From a virus: 64,000 bases of DNA. The position numbers and the translations under genes are program-made. Position 1 is the first letter of the stretch, and the number at the start of each line of letters is the position of its first letter. The notes below the pieces were generated by a model. That model ran no database searches and had not been told where the DNA came from. It saw only the letters and a program-made list of their open reading frames with translations. The stretch covers positions 30,046 to 94,045 of IMG/VR virus record IMGVR_UViG_3300046328_000221. One strand, written 5' to 3'. This document shows, piece by piece, positions 60,020-64,000 of the stretch.

Positions 60020-60290
60020 ATACCAAGTATACAGCATCAGAGCTGATCTAAATACCCTGAAAAGTTATACACATATAGCTAAAAGTTATCCACAAGTTTA
60101 TCTTACTGAATAATTATCTAGATAGACGTAAAGTGGAGATATATGGGAGATAGTGGATAATAATACATTATACTATAGGCCGATCGTAATGTCAAGCTTT
60201 TTATACCCATATCCATAAATACTTTTATCCCCAAATCCCCTATCACATTTATCCTGATTTGTCAAGTTTTTATTATATTTATCTACAAAT
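60010..60290. promoter_or_regulatory. Cluster of DnaA-box-like 9-mers (putative origin)
   Basis: TTATACACA at 60065 and TTATCCACA at 60086, plus single-mismatch copies, in AT-rich non-coding DNA. Confidence 0.55.
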
Positions 60291-60598
60291 TATCCTATTA
60301 TCTATACAAATCTAGGGAAAAATAGATCATATCGTAATGTTTTTATATCAGACATATCTACCTATGTGTTATTACTTATACTAGGGGGAAGTGTATAGAT
60401 TGTTTGTATACCCTGCCTTCGGCAGCTGGCTATGCCAGGTATATGTTTATCTTAGTATGCTCTATCAAATTGGCATATCAAAAATTGGGGGTATTTAATG
60501 TATGATCGTAATGTCTCTAGTAGTATATACACCATAGTAAAGTATAAGCTTATATGTTTATATAGGGGATATTTGTATATGATCGTAATACCCTGGAG

Positions 60599-60665
60599 AT
60601 CTGGGAAAAATACTTGACTTTCGTAATGTCTGAGAATCTGGGAAAAATACTTGACTTTCGTAATG
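60599..60665 (+). repeat. Tandem direct repeat ATCTGGGAAAAATACTTGACTTTCGTAATG x2
   Basis: Identical 30-mers at 60599 and 60636. Confidence 0.9.
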
Positions 60666-60736
60666 ATGTTTGGTATAATTCAATTTGGGTCGGCCACAGC
60701 TAGCCGCTTTTGTCAAGCGACTCTCTGCGGATCCCT

Positions 60737-61024
60737 TTACTCTTCTTCTGTGATAGCGGAAAGACCTAGCAATTCATCTAGGTTATCGAAACCATTATCC
60801 TCAACATCTAATGCTGTGATAAGCAAATCGAAAGTTTCACCTATGAACGCAGTTGCTTTTGGTGAAGTATCTACAATGTCATTCGCAATAGCATAGGCAA
60901 GTGGCAAACCTAAGTCGTTGTATTCAATGAAGTCAATGAAGTCCTCATCTTGACGATAGTTGAGCCATAGTTCTGCTAGGATACTAACCTGATTAGCAAA
61001 AGGTGTCGTGGCTGATTCTGTCAT
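60737..61024 (-). CDS. Hypothetical protein
   Basis: IL.ELW.NY...F.DF.EYNDLGLPLAY motif; probable start MTES at 61024. Confidence 0.65.
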   Translation of the reverse strand: MTESATTPFANQVSILAELWLNYRQDEDFIDFIEYNDLGLPLAYAIANDIVDTSPKATAFIGETFDLLITALDVEDNGFDNLDELLGLSAITEEE

Positions 61025-61202
61025 AGTTGCTTTCCTTTTCTTGTTCTGCTGATTCAATGATAATGGATAAACGCCTGTAAGTCAAATTAGGGTGATTACG
61101 AGCCAGATAGATTCCAACCTTATCCAAATCTAATCTTACATCTGATACAATGTGCGATAACTTTTCTGCTATCTTTTCTGCTTCTGTTTTTACTTTACGC
61201 AT
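60993..61202 (-). CDS. Hypothetical protein
   Basis: SDVRLDL..VG.YL motif; promoter upstream. Confidence 0.6.
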   Translation of the reverse strand: MRKVKTEAEKIAEKLSHIVSDVRLDLDKVGIYLARNHPNLTYRRLSIIIESAEQEKESNYDRISHDTFC

Positions 61203-61358
61203 TTGTTTCCCTTATTCAGTTATGGACATCTATTGTATCAAAAGTGGAAGGAGAAGTCAAGACCTGCGAGAATCTTGACCTCCCCCACTTTGCACACAGG
61301 CAACCCCTTACCTTGTGCGATTGACAGGGAGCGAACTCAACCCATCAAGTTTATTTAG

Positions 61359-61568
61359 TTATGCTACTTTCTGTCCCTTACGCAATGTAGCAAGACTAAT
61401 AGAATCAATAAACTTTCCATTACGACGATATACGATTCGCTCTGAAGTTCCATAGCGTGTGTTCCATACTTCTAGATACGGTACCACTGGTCCCATGGCC
61501 TTGCCCTTTTTGGTCAACTTGGTTAGACGCTTTGGTTGTGCTTTACGTGCCTTTGGAAATACTGCCAT
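61359..61568 (-). CDS. Small basic protein
   Basis: AGGAG RBS; promoter upstream. Confidence 0.6.
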   Translation of the reverse strand: MAVFPKARKAQPKRLTKLTKKGKAMGPVVPYLEVWNTRYGTSERIVYRRNGKFIDSISLATLRKGQKVA

Positions 61569-61645
61569 TTTATGTCTCCTTATAAATTATTGGGTTATAG
61601 TTGTTGCTATTCTATTATTTCATATTTAGTTGTGTTTGTCAATAC

Positions 61646-61981
61646 CTAAAATAAAACTTCTTCGTGATAGACAGGTAACCCATAAAAGATACTCTTCAGT
61701 CTATCGCTAAGCAATGTGTCTTTATCAGCTAAGAAACCATTCAGGCCATACCATAGGTCTGGTTCATGGTTCTGGAAGTATGGGTCATTGTTGATAAGAT
61801 TATTAGACTCAGTAGGAGTTAGTTCAATTGGTGCCCCTAGTTCTTCGTGCGTCGTTGCTCCTTGGTATGAGTTCACCTGATAGATGTGAATGTACCATGG
61901 GCCTCCGTACTCATACTCATCTTCAGCATTCAGTAGTTCACGTTGGAAGATATTGAGATCGTAGTCAAATTCAGTACCCAT
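61646..61981 (-). CDS. Hypothetical acidic protein
   Basis: GAGGAG RBS. Confidence 0.6.
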   Translation of the reverse strand: MGTEFDYDLNIFQRELLNAEDEYEYGGPWYIHIYQVNSYQGATTHEELGAPIELTPTESNNLINNDPYFQNHEPDLWYGLNGFLADKDTLLSDRLKSIFYGLPVYHEEVLF

Positions 61982-62104
61982 TAGTCTTGCTCCTCAATCT
62001 CTAGCCATTGAAACGTTTCGCCATCTTCAGTATACTGCGACATGTTTGTTAGTTCTTGCAACCACCCTTGGTCAACAAGTAGTATTACTTTATACTTTTT
62101 CATA

Positions 62105-62530
62105 TTAGTACCAAGCCTCTCCTGTGTGGTCTTCACAGCCACAGCAGTTCAAACAATACCCATTCTGCTTATCACAGCGGAATACATCCATAATTAGTTC
62201 ACCGTCTAGAGTCTCTGCTTCACCACATGCTTCACAGCATTCTGGAGACATCTCTAAGTCAATCTCATAGGAGGTTGAATCTATCCACGGTACTTCAGTA
62301 ATAAAATAACCAATACGATTCACATAGTGGAATCCTTCGACAGTCACAGTTCCACCGTCAGTATTTAGATAAGTCCAGATGTTATTAGGCTTGGCTTTCA
62401 TAACAAACTCTAGTTCTTCCCCATACGTCTCAAACATTTGTTGGTCAGGGTCATTACTAAACTTATTAGGCTCAGGCTTGAATTGCTCTACAAACTCTGA
62501 CCAAGTTAGCGATAGTTCGTTAGTAGTCAT
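62105..62530 (-). CDS. Hypothetical protein with Cys-rich tail
   Basis: FETYGEEL.FV...G.HYVNRIGYFITE.PW motif. Confidence 0.65.
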   Translation of the reverse strand: MTTNELSLTWSEFVEQFKPEPNKFSNDPDQQMFETYGEELEFVMKAKPNNIWTYLNTDGGTVTVEGFHYVNRIGYFITEVPWIDSTSYEIDLEMSPECCEACGEAETLDGELIMDVFRCDKQNGYCLNCCGCEDHTGEAWY

Positions 62531-62598
62531 TGGGTTCCTATCTTAGAAGTGGAAGTCTTTGGGTTATAAAAGTAGTCTACAGGTTATTTCTCTTTTTG

Positions 62599-62997
62599 TC
62601 AAGACTTATTTCTAAATTTAATTAGGGCTTCCTTCTTGCATACCTTGCAATCCAGCTGTCCAGTTTTCTTATTTATATAATCTCTCTTATGTCCTCTTTT
62701 GCAATACTCTTTACGCTTATACTCATACTCATATAGGTTGCGTCTTCTAGAGTTCTCACCCTTAGTGACTGCTTCTAAATGTTTTGGATTAACGCAAAGG
62801 GTATTATTACAGAGATGATCAATAGTTAAATCATTTAGTACTTGTCCTGTATAGTATTCATAAGAGAATCTGTGTGCTTTATTACCATGTTCATGCCTAA
62901 ACATTCCATACCCTGCCCAGGTGCTGGCTATCCAATTCCAACATCCAGACACTGGGTCTACGGTATACTTAGATGTAAATCTGTCTATTATTTCCAT
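62599..62997 (-). CDS. HNH homing endonuclease
   Basis: CWNW; GYG; AHR.SY; IDHLC.N..CVNP.HL; C.RGH. Confidence 0.9.
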   Translation of the reverse strand: MEIIDRFTSKYTVDPVSGCWNWIASTWAGYGMFRHEHGNKAHRFSYEYYTGQVLNDLTIDHLCNNTLCVNPKHLEAVTKGENSRRRNLYEYEYKRKEYCKRGHKRDYINKKTGQLDCKVCKKEALIKFRNKS

Positions 62998-63025
62998 AAG
63001 TATATTGTACCATAACTATTCATTT

Positions 63026-63169
63026 CTAAAAGTGCATATCACAAGGCACTAGATACCATGAATCGTCAAGCGTGTCAAGAACCCATTTAGGATTTGTTGA
63101 CCAGTTGCTTAGGTCATAGAAGTATGAGTTCATATCCCATTTACCCTGCAACCATTCCCCATAGAAACA
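63026..63169 (-). pseudogene. C-terminal remnant of a gene (...LQGKWDMNSYFYDL...WYLVPCDMHF)
   Basis: Protein-like frame with no proper start; begins at a 24-bp repeat. Confidence 0.45.
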
Positions 63170-63442
63170 TCATTTGTTCTCTCCCTTGATAAGAGCAATC
63201 AGATGTTCTCCGTACCAGTTTTCAAAGTCTCCACAGGTGCAGCCAACAAAACCACCTTCAATACCTGCTTCTGGCTCATGCGACTCCATCAGTCCAAAAA
63301 TGCGTTCACGCTCATTGGTAATTGTCTTAGCTTTATATTTTGCTAACCAAAGGTCAAACATTCGGTTTGCGTAAGTGCTATCTACTCTTTCGGCTGAGTA
63401 TGCGTCACGCACATCTGCTGTTTTTGGTATAAGGTCACTCAT
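63170..63442 (-). CDS. ERIIKLL-family mini-protein
   Basis: ERERIFGLM...CTCG...LIALIKGENK. Confidence 0.7.
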   Translation of the reverse strand: MSDLIPKTADVRDAYSAERVDSTYANRMFDLWLAKYKAKTITNERERIFGLMESHEPEAGIEGGFVGCTCGDFENWYGEHLIALIKGENK

Positions 63443-63687
63443 TTTGTTTCTCCCTTGATAAGTTCAAGTGCTAGGTTGATGCCGTCTTTAAGCGACCAAG
63501 CACCATCTTCTTCATAGTAGGCACCCTCAATGCTTTCTAAAAGTTTGATAATCCGCTCCTCGGCGTGTTTCACACCTAACTGAAACTCTGATACCCCACA
63601 ACATTCGCAAGGTTCGGTGAACTCTTTTGGTGGGTTATTGATGATGTTGTAAATGTGTGTGTCTTTGTTGTTGTTATTTATACTCAT
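63439..63687 (-). CDS. ERIIKLL-family mini-protein
   Basis: GVKHAEERIIKLL...ALELIKGETK. Confidence 0.75.
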   Translation of the reverse strand: MSINNNNKDTHIYNIINNPPKEFTEPCECCGVSEFQLGVKHAEERIIKLLESIEGAYYEEDGAWSLKDGINLALELIKGETK

Positions 63688-63905
63688 TTCTTTTCCTCCG
63701 CTTTCCAGGTATCAATAAGGTCAATTGCCTCACAAAAACAAAAACCCTTTGTGTTGTGAGTTCCAATTGTGCATTTGTTATTTTCTCGTAGCATTGCCAT
63801 CAATTCCTCCTTGGCATACTCTGTGCCATTGAAAAACCCTGTATTGTATTCAGCCTCAATTGCTTTGCCAATTACTTTGTTTTGTTCTTTTGTAAACTCA
63901 GACAT
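63684..63905 (-). CDS. ERIIKLL-family mini-protein (divergent)
   Basis: GTEYAKEELMAML...CFCEAIDLI. Confidence 0.6.
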   Translation of the reverse strand: MSEFTKEQNKVIGKAIEAEYNTGFFNGTEYAKEELMAMLRENNKCTIGTHNTKGFCFCEAIDLIDTWKAEEKK

Positions 63906-63999
63906 TTGTTTTCTCCTTACGGTAATCCATCCACTTGAAAAGCAGAATCAGCGGTGAAGCAAGGTATAGCCCTGCAACCATTCCCCATAGAAATGTCAT
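63898..63999 (-). CDS. 33-aa membrane peptide MTFLWGMVAGLYLASPLILLFKW...
   Basis: Hydrophobic ORF whose end carries the RBS for the next gene. Confidence 0.5.
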   Translation of the reverse strand: MTFLWGMVAGLYLASPLILLFKWMDYRKEKTNV

Positions 64000-64000
64000 T

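Noticed and set aside
60599-60665. 30-bp direct repeat as a mini-CRISPR
   Set aside because: Only two copies, separated by 7 bp, with no spacer-sized unique sequence.

Overview
A 64-kb segment of a large, AT-rich lytic tailed phage (siphovirus-type tail), most likely infecting Actinobacteria. The host inference rests on WhiB, class Ib nrdH/I/E/F, ThyX, DnaE and many leaderless extended -10 promoters. Gene order: head and tail module (1-20.3 kb); replication and recombination with DnaB, DnaG, SSB, DnaE, RecA, Cas4-like and RuvC (20.3-32 kb); terminase (32.4-34.7 kb); secreted/surface proteins and ribonucleotide reductase (34.7-41 kb); a tRNA/structured-RNA cluster; lysis genes; stress and glycan genes (Hsp20, Dps, GroES, Gmd, glycosyltransferases); more tRNAs; then arrays of small genes converging on a ~0.9-kb, mostly non-coding region with DnaA-box-like 9-mers and a repeated GGG-N-TCGTAAT motif. 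The most notable observations are: (i) a family of mini-genes with conserved 'ERIIKLL...LIKGE' ends, near-identical DNA anchors and variable cores; (ii) a putative polyprotein whose C-terminus resembles the scaffold tail, suggesting capsid cargo; (iii) duplicated tail chaperone genes in place of a frameshift; (iv) tRNA-like RNAs with 8-nt anticodon loops and a stand-alone structured RNA; (v) an ATT-initiated lectin/FN3 surface protein. All annotations come from motif recognition by eye; no searches were run.
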